A DNA stretch of 61,194 nt, filler included, from 5 parts of 5 records of this genome joined end to end with filler, not necessarily neighbours in it, one strand, 5' to 3'; positions 27,744 through 37,493 are shown, counted from the first letter of the whole stretch. A program made the numbers and translations. Notes: generated by a model from the sequence alone, not told the origin.

Positions 27744-29333
27744 TTGGACATTTTCGACAACGTCTTTAACGCCGAAGGCGTGGTGATTGTGGGGGCGGGG
27801 CTGGCGGGGCTGTTTTGTGCGCTCAAGCTGGCGCCGCGGCCGGTGACCGTGCTTTCGCCCATGCCGCTGGGTTCGGGGGCGTCTTCGTCCTGGGCGCAGG
27901 GCGGGGTGGCCGCGGCGGTCGGTGAGGGCGACAGTGCAAAGGCCCATGCGGCGGACACCGAAATGGCCGGGGCGGGGATCGTCGATCATGGGGTTGCTGA
28001 ATCGGTGACCGGTGAAGCTGCGGCGCGGATCGACGATCTGGCAAGCTGGGGCACGCCGTTCGACCGCGACGCTTTGGGGCAGTTCATTTTATCGCGCGAA
28101 GCTGCGCATTCTGCCAATCGGGTGGTGCGGGTTTCGGGCGACCGGGCCGGGCACGCCATCATGCAGGCGATCATCGCCAAGGTGCGCGCCACGCCTTCGA
28201 TCCGCGTGGTCGAGGGGATTACTGCTGTCGATCTGGCCCATGCCGAGGGGCGGATCGTTGGGGTGTTCTGCCGCCGGTTGGGCGACCGCTATGTCGAGCC
28301 GGTGTTTATCCGGGCGCGGGCGACGGTTCTGGCGGCGGGTGGACTGGGCGGGCTTTATGCGGTGACCACCAATCCGCCTTCGGTGCGCGGGCACGCCATG
28401 GGCATGGCCGCGCGGGCCGGGGCGGTGATCGCCGATCCCGAATTCGTGCAGTTTCATCCCACGGCAATCCTGACCGGGCGCGATCCGGCGCCGCTGGCGA
28501 CCGAGGCGTTGCGCGGGGAAGGGGCGATCCTCGTCAATGACCTTGGCGAGCGGTTTATGACCGACATCCACCCCGATGCCGAACTGGCGCCACGCGATAT
28601 CGTGGCACGGGCCAATTACCGGCAGATCAAGGCCGGGCGGGAAGTGTTTCTCGATACGCGCGCGGCGCTGGGCGAAAAGATACTCACGGCTTACCCGACG
28701 GTTGCGCAATATTGCCAAATGGCCGGGATCGATCCGGTTGCCGATCCGATCCCGGTGACCCCGGCGGCCCATTATCATATGGGCGGGGTCAAGGTTGACG
28801 AGGACGGGCGATCCTCGCTTCCCGGGCTCTGGGTGTGCGGGGAGGCGTCGTGCACGGGGTTGCACGGAGCGAACCGGCTGGCCTCCAACTCGCTGCTCGA
28901 AGCTATCGTTTATGGCGCGCGGATAGCCGAGGACATTTCCGGGCATGAGCCTTTGCGCTCGGCGCTGCCGCCTTTTGATGGCATTGCCTGGGACGCGGAA
29001 AAAGGGGCCGAGGCCGAAGTGGTGCTTCGCAACCTCAAGGCGGTCAAGGATCTGCGGGCCATCATGAGCAACGATGTTGGGGTGGAGCGCGATGCCGAAG
29101 GGCTCAGGCGCGCCCTGCGCGGGCTTTTGGAGCTTGAGGATACGGCGCTCGAAGTGACCCGCGCCTATCTCAATATGGTGACGTCGGCGACACTGGTCGC
29201 GGCGGCCGCCCTAAAGCGCACGGAAAGCCGGGGCGGTCATTTCCGTACCGATTTTCCGCAGACCAGCGACGCCTGGCAGTTGCATACGGAAATGACGCTG
29301 GGCGAAGCGCGGGCGATCCGGGCAGGAGCCTAA
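27744..29333 (+). CDS. nadB: L-aspartate oxidase
   Basis: GAGLAG FAD motif, SSWAQGG, QFHPT, TEALRGEG, HYHMGG, GLHGANRLASNSLLE and ESRGGH. Confidence 0.95.
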   Translation: MDIFDNVFNAEGVVIVGAGLAGLFCALKLAPRPVTVLSPMPLGSGASSSWAQGGVAAAVGEGDSAKAHAADTEMAGAGIVDHGVAESVTGEAAARIDDLASWGTPFDRDALGQFILSREAAHSANRVVRVSGDRAGHAIMQAIIAKVRATPSIRVVEGITAVDLAHAEGRIVGVFCRRLGDRYVEPVFIRARATVLAAGGLGGLYAVTTNPPSVRGHAMGMAARAGAVIADPEFVQFHPTAILTGRDPAPLATEALRGEGAILVNDLGERFMTDIHPDAELAPRDIVARANYRQIKAGREVFLDTRAALGEKILTAYPTVAQYCQMAGIDPVADPIPVTPAAHYHMGGVKVDEDGRSSLPGLWVCGEASCTGLHGANRLASNSLLEAIVYGARIAEDISGHEPLRSALPPFDGIAWDAEKGAEAEVVLRNLKAVKDLRAIMSNDVGVERDAEGLRRALRGLLELEDTALEVTRAYLNMVTSATLVAAAALKRTESRGGHFRTDFPQTSDAWQLHTEMTLGEARAIRAGA

Positions 29334-29336
29334 AGC

Positions 29337-29612
29337 TCAGGCGGGGCGGGCGTAGCGCTGGCTTGCCTTCTCGCGTGCCTTGGTGGCAACGATTTCGCGG
29401 TTTTTGGGCGGCGCCTTTGTGTCCATGGCTGCCAGAAGTTTGCGCACGGATTTTTCGATCTCTTCCACAGCGTCATGGAACGCGGCTTCGTTGACCTGCG
29501 AGGGCCGTGTCGTCCCTGAAATCTTGCGCACGAACTGCAGGGCGGCGTCGTGAATCTCGTTGCGGGTGGCTGGCGGTTCGAAGTTGAACAGCGGCTTGAT
29601 GTTGCGGCACAT
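29337..29612 (-). CDS. DUF2277 family protein
   Basis: MCRNIKPLFNFEPPAT...AALQFVRKISG signature; GAAGGAG RBS. Confidence 0.85.
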   Translation of the reverse strand: MCRNIKPLFNFEPPATRNEIHDAALQFVRKISGTTRPSQVNEAAFHDAVEEIEKSVRKLLAAMDTKAPPKNREIVATKAREKASQRYARPA

Positions 29613-29808
29613 GGGGCTCTCCTTCGCTGAAGGTCCAGTGTGGCACCGGGCCTGGGGCGATGCAACGCACGGCGCCAAGCGTTATCTGATGGTCGTTGTT
29701 GAGGTTGAGAGTAGAGGGGCTTTCGACCCCATTGCGGCTCGGCCCTGGCGGCTGCCAAAATTGGCCATGGGCGGCGCCACTGCCGCATGGCCACTTCACA
29801 ATGGCAGA

Positions 29809-30519
29809 CTAAAGAAACGTCACTTCGCCCGTGGCAATTTCGTAAACGCCTGCGACCGCGCCAAGCGTGCCGGCAGCGGCGGCTCCAGACAGGATCGGGC
29901 CTTCGGACAGCGCTCGTGCGGCGTTGAGCCTGGCATTCTGGGCGGTGGCGGCGGCCAGAAGATCGTCCGGCGCATCGCCCATGACATCATAGACCGCCGG
30001 GCGAATGGCGTTGACGAGGCTGGGCAGATGACCCGGCGGCAATTCACTGTCGGCAATCGACTTGATCGTCGCATCCACGGCACCGCACGCGGTGTGCCCG
30101 AGAACGACTATGGTCTTGATACCCAGCACGGCCACACCGTATTCGAGCGTCGCCAGCCCCTCTTCGCTGATGAAATTGCCGGCTACGCGCACGACAAACA
30201 GTTCTCCCGGACCCTGATCGAAAATCAACTCCGGGGCCACGCGAGAATCTGAACAGCTGACAATGGCGGCAAAAGGCTGTTGCCCCTCGGCCCGGCTGGC
30301 ACGCTCCAGCGAGTGATCTGTATTGATGGCTGCATTGGCAACATAGCGCGCATTGCCATCGACCAGACGCTGCAGCGCCTCTTCTGGTGAAACTGGCGCA
30401 ACCGCGCTGGCCTCTTGGGCGAAGGCTTGCGTGACCAGCGGGGCTGTCAGCGACAAAGCCAAGCCCCCTGCGATCAATCCTCGACGAGTCATGCTTGTAG
30501 ATTTGCAATCTTCACACAT
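29809..30519 (-). CDS. Beta-class carbonic anhydrase with twin-arginine-like signal
   Basis: CSDSRV, RVAGN and LGHTACGAV zinc-ligand motifs; TRRGLI followed by a hydrophobic stretch and AFA. Confidence 0.92.
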   Translation of the reverse strand: MCEDCKSTSMTRRGLIAGGLALSLTAPLVTQAFAQEASAVAPVSPEEALQRLVDGNARYVANAAINTDHSLERASRAEGQQPFAAIVSCSDSRVAPELIFDQGPGELFVVRVAGNFISEEGLATLEYGVAVLGIKTIVVLGHTACGAVDATIKSIADSELPPGHLPSLVNAIRPAVYDVMGDAPDDLLAAATAQNARLNAARALSEGPILSGAAAAGTLGAVAGVYEIATGEVTFL

Positions 30520-30599
30520 ACATTTTTCCCAGTTTTACATAGAATTATTCGTCTGAAGTAAAAAATTCTGTTTCAGAAAATGACTTTGAATAAAAGCGC

Positions 30600-31814
30600 C
30601 TAATCAACATACTGCATATATAGATGTTCCATTACCTCGCCGGCGGCAGCATTGGCCTCTGCGCCCGGAAAATTCGTTGTGACGACGATGGCAATGTCAG
30701 TTTCAGTATCGACGATAATCCTGGCCAGGTTCATCGAATTGGATCCGTTATGGGTCAGCAGGGGCTTGCCGGCCCAGTCAAACGCCACGCTGCTCCAGCC
30801 CAACCCGTAGCCGCCCGTGCTCGGCGTGCCCGGCGGGGGATTTTCGCGCACGGGCGTTTGAACGTGTACTGCCTGGATACGCTCCAGCGTCGCAGGGGTA
30901 ACCAGTTGCGGACCGCGCCCGGCTTGCCCGGCGTTCCAGCCGGCCCATCTGGCATAATCGAGAATGGACATGTGGGCATTTCCCGCTGGCCCCATCACGG
31001 GAGGGATGTCAGCGGCGGGACCCCACAGCATGGCTGTGACTGAACCGTCCGCCTCGATGCGATGGCCGACGGCAGCGTCGATCAGCCCATAGGTGGACTG
31101 CGGGCCCAGCCCCGCACTATCCATGCCAAGCGGCCAGAAAATGCGCTCGTACATGAGCGTCTCCCAAGGAGTGCCGCTCACCTTTTCAATCATCATGCCG
31201 GCAATCAGGTAGCCAAAATTCGAGTACTGAAAGGGCGAGGGGGCCGGGATGACGACTTCGTTGTGCTGCCAACTCGCGAGGACGTTGATGCGTTGCTGTA
31301 CAGGGTTGTCGTCAAACACTGCATCGCTGAAATACAGGTCCATCATTTCCTCGGTGTCGCTCGGGATGCCGCTCGAGTGCGACAGCAATTGCTCCAGCGT
31401 GGCATTGGCCAGGCTCTGGCTCATCTCGGGGACGTCTTCACCCAGCACGTCGCCGACGCGCGAGTCCCAGGCCAGCCTGCCCTCCTCGACCAGCATTCCG
31501 GCCAAAGTCGCTGTCATCGACTTGGTGTTGGAGCCGATATGGAAGCGGTCATTGATCGTGACGGGCAGAATTTGACCGTCAACGCGCGTTCCGGTCGCTG
31601 CAGCCGCCACCACAACGCCATCCTTGACAACGGCGGCGGCCAACGCGGGTAGGCCATACTCGGCTCGAACCCGATCCAGATAGTTATCCATGCTGGTGGC
31701 CTGGGCAGATGCCCCACCCGCCGACATCGCGACGACCACCCCGGCAACCATCACCCCAAGGGCAACGCCAATGCAGCTGTTACGGAATTCTGATAGTGCG
31801 GGACTTCCAAGCAT
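30600..31814 (-). CDS. Exported serine hydrolase (class C beta-lactamase/peptidase S12 fold)
   Basis: SNTK (SxxK), LLSHSSG, YSN and HNGS; signal-like N-terminus; start uncertain. Confidence 0.85.
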   Translation of the reverse strand: MLGSPALSEFRNSCIGVALGVMVAGVVVAMSAGGASAQATSMDNYLDRVRAEYGLPALAAAVVKDGVVVAAAATGTRVDGQILPVTINDRFHIGSNTKSMTATLAGMLVEEGRLAWDSRVGDVLGEDVPEMSQSLANATLEQLLSHSSGIPSDTEEMMDLYFSDAVFDDNPVQQRINVLASWQHNEVVIPAPSPFQYSNFGYLIAGMMIEKVSGTPWETLMYERIFWPLGMDSAGLGPQSTYGLIDAAVGHRIEADGSVTAMLWGPAADIPPVMGPAGNAHMSILDYARWAGWNAGQAGRGPQLVTPATLERIQAVHVQTPVRENPPPGTPSTGGYGLGWSSVAFDWAGKPLLTHNGSNSMNLARIIVDTETDIAIVVTTNFPGAEANAAAGEVMEHLYMQYVD

Positions 31815-31981
31815 GGCAGCAGCGTCTCCCCCAGATGAACGGTGGGGCCGATAATGCGCTGGCGCCTCGATCCCCTCACCTCGACGCACGATACGCGACG
31901 GGCTTCCCGGTTACGCTAGGGTCGAAAAGGCGGCGCTGCTATCCGGAATCCGCAAAAGTGACTTTAGAGCTGCATTGGGCG

Positions 31982-32995
31982 TCACATGCGCCTTGTCAGC
32001 GTCGCCCCCGGGGATTCCTCGAAAATCTGCTTGTAGTCGCCTGCGAAGCGACCGAGATGCAGAAAACCGAATTGCATGGCAACCTGCGTCACTGTCGTGT
32101 CCTGGGGACCATTGGCGAGCAATGTTGCGCGGACCTGGTTTAGCCTGCAGCGACGGAGATAGGTTTGCGGAGACATTCCGACATAGTCGTGAAAGGCATA
32201 GAGGAGCGCCCGCTCCGACACGGCCAGTGACATGCAGATGTCGACGACCGTGGGCACGACATGGCCGGCCAATTGCTCTTCGACAAAGTCGCGAGCCAAC
32301 CGACAAGTGCGCAAGGCGCGAGACCGGGCCGCCAGGGGCAGGGAAATTGTACCATCGCCAGAGCCGGCGGCCGCGATACGCAACGCAGTCTGCAGGACAA
32401 TGCCCTGCATGATTGTGGGGTCCAGCGTCTCGCCCCTTTTGGCAGCCGCTTCGGCGGTGCCAATGCAGTAACGGAGAACTGTCCTGAGCTCAGCCAGTTG
32501 CGTTGACTGAAACTGGGACGCCCGTCGTGATGGGTGTTCCCACGCCCCTGGATTCAGCGCCTGGGCAGCGGCGACAAACTCTGACTGGGAAAAACTGACA
32601 TAGGTGGTTTGCGTTCCTGCCGGCACGTGAATGTCGAATTCGGTTCGCTCCGGGATGAAGAAAACACTGTCCGCACTATCAGACGCATGGTCAGAAAGCC
32701 GGAATGCCGGGTCCTGCGTGCAGTAGGAGACCGTACAAAAATCTGCGGGGGTGATGCCCAGTTTCTGAACCGCTGCAAACTGATATTCCCGTACGATCTG
32801 CAGTCGCCCGAGGTCCAGGCTATCCATCTGCGACAGGCGTTTGCCACGGCTTAGTTGGTAGCACTCCATGACAACCCAAGGCTGCATTGCAGCCTGTGCT
32901 GCAGCACTCTCGATGGTCGTTGAGCGCAAATCGACGACAACCGCAGGTAAGGCGCCTTCTTTGGCAATCGCGACCTCTTTTTGCGCATCCAGCAT
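31982..32995 (-). CDS. AraC-family regulator (EutR-like)
   Basis: C-terminal VSERALLYAF...GMSPQTYL...VTQVAMQFGFLHLGRFAGDYKQIFEESP; GGGAG RBS before ATG 32995. Confidence 0.88.
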   Translation of the reverse strand: MLDAQKEVAIAKEGALPAVVVDLRSTTIESAAAQAAMQPWVVMECYQLSRGKRLSQMDSLDLGRLQIVREYQFAAVQKLGITPADFCTVSYCTQDPAFRLSDHASDSADSVFFIPERTEFDIHVPAGTQTTYVSFSQSEFVAAAQALNPGAWEHPSRRASQFQSTQLAELRTVLRYCIGTAEAAAKRGETLDPTIMQGIVLQTALRIAAAGSGDGTISLPLAARSRALRTCRLARDFVEEQLAGHVVPTVVDICMSLAVSERALLYAFHDYVGMSPQTYLRRCRLNQVRATLLANGPQDTTVTQVAMQFGFLHLGRFAGDYKQIFEESPGATLTRRM

Positions 32996-33126
32996 TGTTG
33001 TCGTCTTCTCCCGCGCCGCTGCAACCGCATTGTGCCTGATACACCGGCTGGATGCGACCACAATTGGAACACGCGTCAGACGCAGGACCTGAGGCTATGC
33101 CACCCCGTTATCTTTGTGCCGGGGGG

Positions 33127-33552
33127 CTAAAACCGCAGCACTTCGATGATGCGTTTGAGAGCCTTGCGCAGGTGCTTGTGGCGTTTGTCGCCGAGGTCTT
33201 CGGCCAGGGTTTGTTCAAGGTTGGCCCAGTGATCCTCGATGGCCTTGCGCATGGCGTGACCCTGTTGGGACAGGCGGGCGCCGGGCTCCATTTCGGGGCC
33301 GACAGCGAGGCGCAAGAGCAGGTCGCGGTCTTCGAGGCGGGCCAGCCTTGCGTCGAGCTGGTCTTGTGCAAGCCCGGTAAATTCGACAAGCGCCTCGGTG
33401 GTGGCTCCCGAAGGATCGGCAAGGCCGAGGAGGACCGCATCGTCACCTGCTTCCAGCCCGCGCGAGGCCAGCGGGGCGAGCAGGGCCTGCCGGGCCAGAT
33501 GGCCCGCTTCGATGAGGCGGTAAAGAGTCGAGCCGGCGGCAGATTTGGACAT
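33127..33552 (-). CDS. MarR-like winged-helix regulator
   Basis: About 141 aa from ATG 33552, with LARLEDRDLLLR and LSQQG wing motifs; divergent from the creatininase gene. Confidence 0.7.
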   Translation of the reverse strand: MSKSAAGSTLYRLIEAGHLARQALLAPLASRGLEAGDDAVLLGLADPSGATTEALVEFTGLAQDQLDARLARLEDRDLLLRLAVGPEMEPGARLSQQGHAMRKAIEDHWANLEQTLAEDLGDKRHKHLRKALKRIIEVLRF

Positions 33553-33684
33553 GGATATTGATCTAGCCAAAACCGGGCCTCCCGTCGAATCGCCTTTGGC
33601 AGGAAAGTTAATCAGGGGCCGCATTGCTTGTCCGCGCTCCTGGTGCGCTATAGGGTCGACATTCAAACTCTCCGGGGACGCGCA

Positions 33685-34488
33685 GTGCCGCTGACTTTCG
33701 TGAACGACATCGACGCGCTTGCCGGTGCGCGGGTGGACGAGGAGACAATCGCCATTCTGCCGGTCGCGGCAACCGAGGCGCATGGCCCCCATCTTCCCGT
33801 TTCGACCGATTGCGATATCGCCCAGGGCCACCTTAGCGCCCTCGCGCCCTATCTCTCTAGTCCAATCGATGCAGTGGTGCTGCCCGTCCAGCGCATAGGG
33901 GCCTCGCGCGAGCATTTGTGGGCGCAGGGGACGCAGAGCAGGGATGAGGGCGCTCTGATCGCCGAGTGGTTCGGGGTTGCCGAACAATGGGCGAGGGCCG
34001 GCGGCAGGCGGCTGGTGATCGTATCGAGCCATGGAGGCAATACGCCGGTTGTGGAGAGCGTCATCTTAAAGGCGCGGGCCGAACTTGGCATGCTTGCCGT
34101 CGGCACCGCCTGGCTGCGGTTCGGCATGCCCGAGGGGCTGTTTGACGATGACGAGCGGCGGTACGGCATCCATGGCGGGGCCATCGAAACGGCGCTGATG
34201 CTCCATTATTGTCCCGGCAAGGTGGATATGGGCGGAGCCGCAAATTTCGGGTCGGCGCTTGAAACAATCGAAGCGGGGATGACCCATCTTACCGCCTATG
34301 GACGGCACCGGTTCGGGTGGCTGAGTTCGGACCTCAATCCAAACGGGGTGGTGGGCGATGCCACCGTCGCGACTGCGGACAAAGGTGCCGCGCTTGCCGA
34401 TCACATCCTTGAAGGTTTTGCACAATTGCTTGACGATGTGGCCCGGTTCGACCTTTCTTGGCTCAAGGATTCGCAAAGGGAGCCTTAA
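33685..34488 (+). CDS. Creatininase-family metal amidohydrolase
   Basis: LPVAATEAHGPHLPVSTD, SREH, SSHGGN, HGGAIET and DLNPNGVVGD; GTG start at 33685 inferred. Confidence 0.88.
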   Translation: MPLTFVNDIDALAGARVDEETIAILPVAATEAHGPHLPVSTDCDIAQGHLSALAPYLSSPIDAVVLPVQRIGASREHLWAQGTQSRDEGALIAEWFGVAEQWARAGGRRLVIVSSHGGNTPVVESVILKARAELGMLAVGTAWLRFGMPEGLFDDDERRYGIHGGAIETALMLHYCPGKVDMGGAANFGSALETIEAGMTHLTAYGRHRFGWLSSDLNPNGVVGDATVATADKGAALADHILEGFAQLLDDVARFDLSWLKDSQREP

Positions 34489-35390
34489 TGAGCCAGGACC
34501 TTTCCCGCATCAGGGCGTTCGTGCAGGTGTTCGATGCCGGTGGCTTTTCGGCCGCCGCGCGCATTCACGGCCGGTCCAAGGCATTGCTGTCGAAATATGT
34601 CACCGACCTCGAGGATTATCTCGGGGTGCGGCTGATGAACCGGACGACGCGCAAGCTCAGCCTTACCGAAGCGGGTGAAGCCTATTATCGCGAGGTGCGT
34701 GAAATCCTCTCCCAACTCGACGATCTGGACGCCACGATCACTGAACAGACAGCGGCACCGCGCGGGATCCTGCGGGTTTCCGCGCCGCGCAATTTCGGGG
34801 AATCGACGCTGCTCGAGCCGCTGTTTGAGTTTACCCGCGCCCATCCGGATGTGACGCTCGATCTGCGGCTGGAAGACCGCATGGTCGATCTTGTGGAAGA
34901 AGGGATCGATGTGGCGCTGCGCATTTCGCGCATGTCGGACACGTCGCTGATCGCCCGAAAGATCGCGGAAACTTCGGTGGCCGTCTGTGCGACACCGGAA
35001 GTCATCAAAGCCTATGGGGTGCCGCAATCGCCCGAAGCGCTCAAGGGCGTGCCGTGTATCGTCGACACCAACATGACGGGCCAAGCCAATTGGCAGTTCG
35101 TCGAGGAGGGGCGGACCGTGGCTGTGCATGTGGACGGGCCGGTGCGGGTCAATTCTCCCGCCGGGGCTCTGGTTGCGGCACAAAAGGGCCTTGGTTTCGC
35201 GCTACTGCCCAGTTTTCTTGCCCATTCGGCGATCGAAGAGGGGGAACTGGTGCCGGTGCTGACCGAATATCTGCCGCAAAGGCCCTTCCTGCAGGCGGTC
35301 TATCCGCATCGCCGGCACCTGTCGGGCAAGGTTCGCGCGCTTATCGATTTCCTCGTCGAATGGTTTGAAACCCACCCGGTCAATTCCTGA
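34488..35390 (+). CDS. LysR-family regulator (CrgA/DmlR-like)
   Basis: N-terminal HTH (FSAAAR...LEDYLGVRLMNRTTR), DLVEEGIDVALR and KVRALIDFL; TAATG overlap with the creatininase gene. Confidence 0.92.
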   Translation: MSQDLSRIRAFVQVFDAGGFSAAARIHGRSKALLSKYVTDLEDYLGVRLMNRTTRKLSLTEAGEAYYREVREILSQLDDLDATITEQTAAPRGILRVSAPRNFGESTLLEPLFEFTRAHPDVTLDLRLEDRMVDLVEEGIDVALRISRMSDTSLIARKIAETSVAVCATPEVIKAYGVPQSPEALKGVPCIVDTNMTGQANWQFVEEGRTVAVHVDGPVRVNSPAGALVAAQKGLGFALLPSFLAHSAIEEGELVPVLTEYLPQRPFLQAVYPHRRHLSGKVRALIDFLVEWFETHPVNS

Positions 35391-35394
35391 TTTC

Positions 35395-36990
35395 ATGACC
35401 CGCATTAACTTCAAAAAACTGGGCGCTGGCTGTCTTGTCGCGCTGATGGCCAGTGCCGGCCCGGCGCTGGCGCATCCCCATGTGTGGATCGACGCGGCGG
35501 GCGAAGTGCTGTTTGAGGATGGCGCTATCATCGGCATGCGCCACCACTGGACGTTCGACGAATATTTTTCCGCCTGGGCCATCCAGGGGCTCGACGCTGA
35601 CGGCGATGGAGACCTGACGCCAGAGGAACTCCAGCCGCTGGCCGAGGAAAATATCGAGGGGCTCGATTTTTATTCCTACTATACGTTCGCCGATCCCGAG
35701 GGGCTCGATGGCCATGCGGCGGTGGCCGGTGCGGGCGATCCGTCCATGGTCTATGAAGACGGGCGGGTGACGCTCACGTTTTCAATGCAATTTGCCGAGC
35801 CCCAGACGGTGGGCGGCATCTACGACATCGAGGTGGGCGACCCCGAATATTACGCGGCTTTTACGTTCCCCGAGGACGATTCGGTGACGCTCGAAGGAGC
35901 GCCGGAGCAGTGCAGCGTCGTCTCCAAGGAACCGCAGCCCATCGACCCCGAGCTCGAGGAACAGCTGTGGATGCTGGGGCCGGACGTCACGGAAATTCCC
36001 GCCGATCTGCGCGAGGCGGCGCGGGCCATGGCCAATCTGGTCACAGTGACCTGCCCCGGCGGTGTGCCGGCGACGGCGCTCGATGCGATCGGGCAGGTGA
36101 CGAGCCAGCGGCCGCCATCGCCCTTTTCAGCGCCGCCGCCCGAGACCTCGCTGGTCCCGACGCAGGGCGGATTTTTCGGCTGGGTGGGTGAACAGCAGCG
36201 GCGCTTTTACGGGACGATGACCTCGGCGCTCGGTGCATTGCGCACCGATGGCAATGCCTTCTGGCTGCTTGGGGGCCTGAGTTTTCTCTATGGTATCTTC
36301 CATGCCGCAGGGCCAGGGCACGGCAAGGTGGTGATCTCGTCGTACGTATTGGCCAATGAGCGCCAGTTGCGGCGGGGGATCGTTTTGAGTTTTCTTTCCG
36401 CCATGATGCAATCGGCGGTGGCCGTGGCGTTTGTTCTGGTCGCGGCTGGGGTGCTGCAACTGACTTCGATGGCCATGAGCCGTGCGGCGTGGTGGATGGA
36501 GATCATCTCATACGGCATGGTGGCGCTGCTGGGCGCCTGGCTGGCTGCGCGCAAGCTGGTGTTTCCCCACAGGCATCATCATCATGGGCATGCCGCCGAC
36601 GGCGGCCATTCGCACGACCATGATCACGATCACCACGATCACAGTTGCGAGCATCACGTGACGCCGCAACAGGCGCGGGGCGGGTGGAAGGAATCGCTGG
36701 GGGTGGTTGTTTCGGTCGGCTTGCGGCCGTGTTCGGGCGCGCTGGTGGTTCTGGTCTTTGCGCTCAGCCAGGGCGTTCTGGCGGCCGGTATTGCCGCGAC
36801 GTTCCTCATGGGGCTGGGCACGGCGATAACGGTGGCCGTACTCGCATCGCTGGCCGTGTATCTCAAGGGTGGTGCCTTGCGGCTGACCGGAAACAGCGCG
36901 GCAGGCGAAACCCTGGTCTGGTGGCTGGAGCTGGCCGGCGCCCTGCTGGTCATGGCGTTTGGCATGATCTTGTTGTTCGCTGCGATCTAG
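35395..36990 (+). CDS. Fusion of DUF1007 periplasmic metal-binding domain and RcnA/HoxN-like Ni/Co/Zn transporter
   Basis: Signal peptide then AHPHVWID, WTFDEYFS and DPEYY (DUF1007); then YGIFHAAGPGHGK, a His-rich loop and GLRPCSGA (RcnA-like); no internal stop. Confidence 0.85.
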   Translation: MTRINFKKLGAGCLVALMASAGPALAHPHVWIDAAGEVLFEDGAIIGMRHHWTFDEYFSAWAIQGLDADGDGDLTPEELQPLAEENIEGLDFYSYYTFADPEGLDGHAAVAGAGDPSMVYEDGRVTLTFSMQFAEPQTVGGIYDIEVGDPEYYAAFTFPEDDSVTLEGAPEQCSVVSKEPQPIDPELEEQLWMLGPDVTEIPADLREAARAMANLVTVTCPGGVPATALDAIGQVTSQRPPSPFSAPPPETSLVPTQGGFFGWVGEQQRRFYGTMTSALGALRTDGNAFWLLGGLSFLYGIFHAAGPGHGKVVISSYVLANERQLRRGIVLSFLSAMMQSAVAVAFVLVAAGVLQLTSMAMSRAAWWMEIISYGMVALLGAWLAARKLVFPHRHHHHGHAADGGHSHDHDHDHHDHSCEHHVTPQQARGGWKESLGVVVSVGLRPCSGALVVLVFALSQGVLAAGIAATFLMGLGTAITVAVLASLAVYLKGGALRLTGNSAAGETLVWWLELAGALLVMAFGMILLFAAI

Positions 36991-37123
36991 CCAGCGCAAA
37001 CCGTCGTATTGAACGGTCAAATGGCCGCAGGTTTTCGCCAGAGTGTTGCCCCGGCAGGCTTTGGCGTTATTGTGCGGCCAACACGAAAAAAAGACCTCAC
37101 AATCCGCACCTCCCAGGATCCCG

Positions 37124-37264
37124 ATGACCGCCCATCTGCCGCCCGATCACCCGCCCGTCAAATCGCGCAAAATCGGGGTTTTGCTGCTCAATCTGGGCAC
37201 GCCCGACGGAACCGATTACTGGAGTGTGCGGCGCTATCTCAAGGAATTCCTCTCCGATCCGCGG
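37124..37264 (+). CDS. hemH: Ferrochelatase, N-terminal fragment
   Basis: [32 protein letters not shown]. Confidence 0.93.
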
Positions 37265-37364
37265 NNNNNNNNNNNNNNNNNNNNNNNNNNNNNNNNNNNN
37301 NNNNNNNNTTAATTAATTAANNNNNNNNNNNNNNNNNNNNNNNNNNNNNNNNNNNNNNNNNNNN
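37265..37364. other. Artificial contig spacer
   Basis: 44 N + TTAATTAATTAA + 44 N. Confidence 0.99.
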
Positions 37365-37493
37365 ATAGGGCATCGGCATTTCGCGGCTGGCAAAGGGCAC
37401 CTGATAGCCCGGAACGGCAAGCCCCTTAAGGATCGCGCGGCGTATCATCTTTTTCGTCGGCTCATCCAGATAGGCAAAGTTGTAGTTGCTCAT
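37365..37493 (-). CDS. phnJ: C-P lyase PhnJ, N-terminal fragment
   Basis: MSNYNFAYLDEPTKKMIRRAILKGLAVPGYQVPFASREMPMPY. Confidence 0.95.

Noticed and set aside
30600..31814. Antibiotic-resistance beta-lactamase
   Set aside because: SxxK/YxN/HxG motifs are shared by many esterases and peptidases; the AmpC KTG motif is absent.
33127..34032. 301-aa ORF as a long MarR
   Set aside because: The N-terminal part is antisense to the creatininase gene; the MarR-like part starts at about 33552.
36570..36660. CAT/CAC/GAT short tandem repeats as a microsatellite or array
   Set aside because: They encode the His-rich loop of the metal transporter.
37124..37493. Functional link between hemH or the metal transporter and the phn operon
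   Set aside because: They are on different contigs separated by an artificial spacer.
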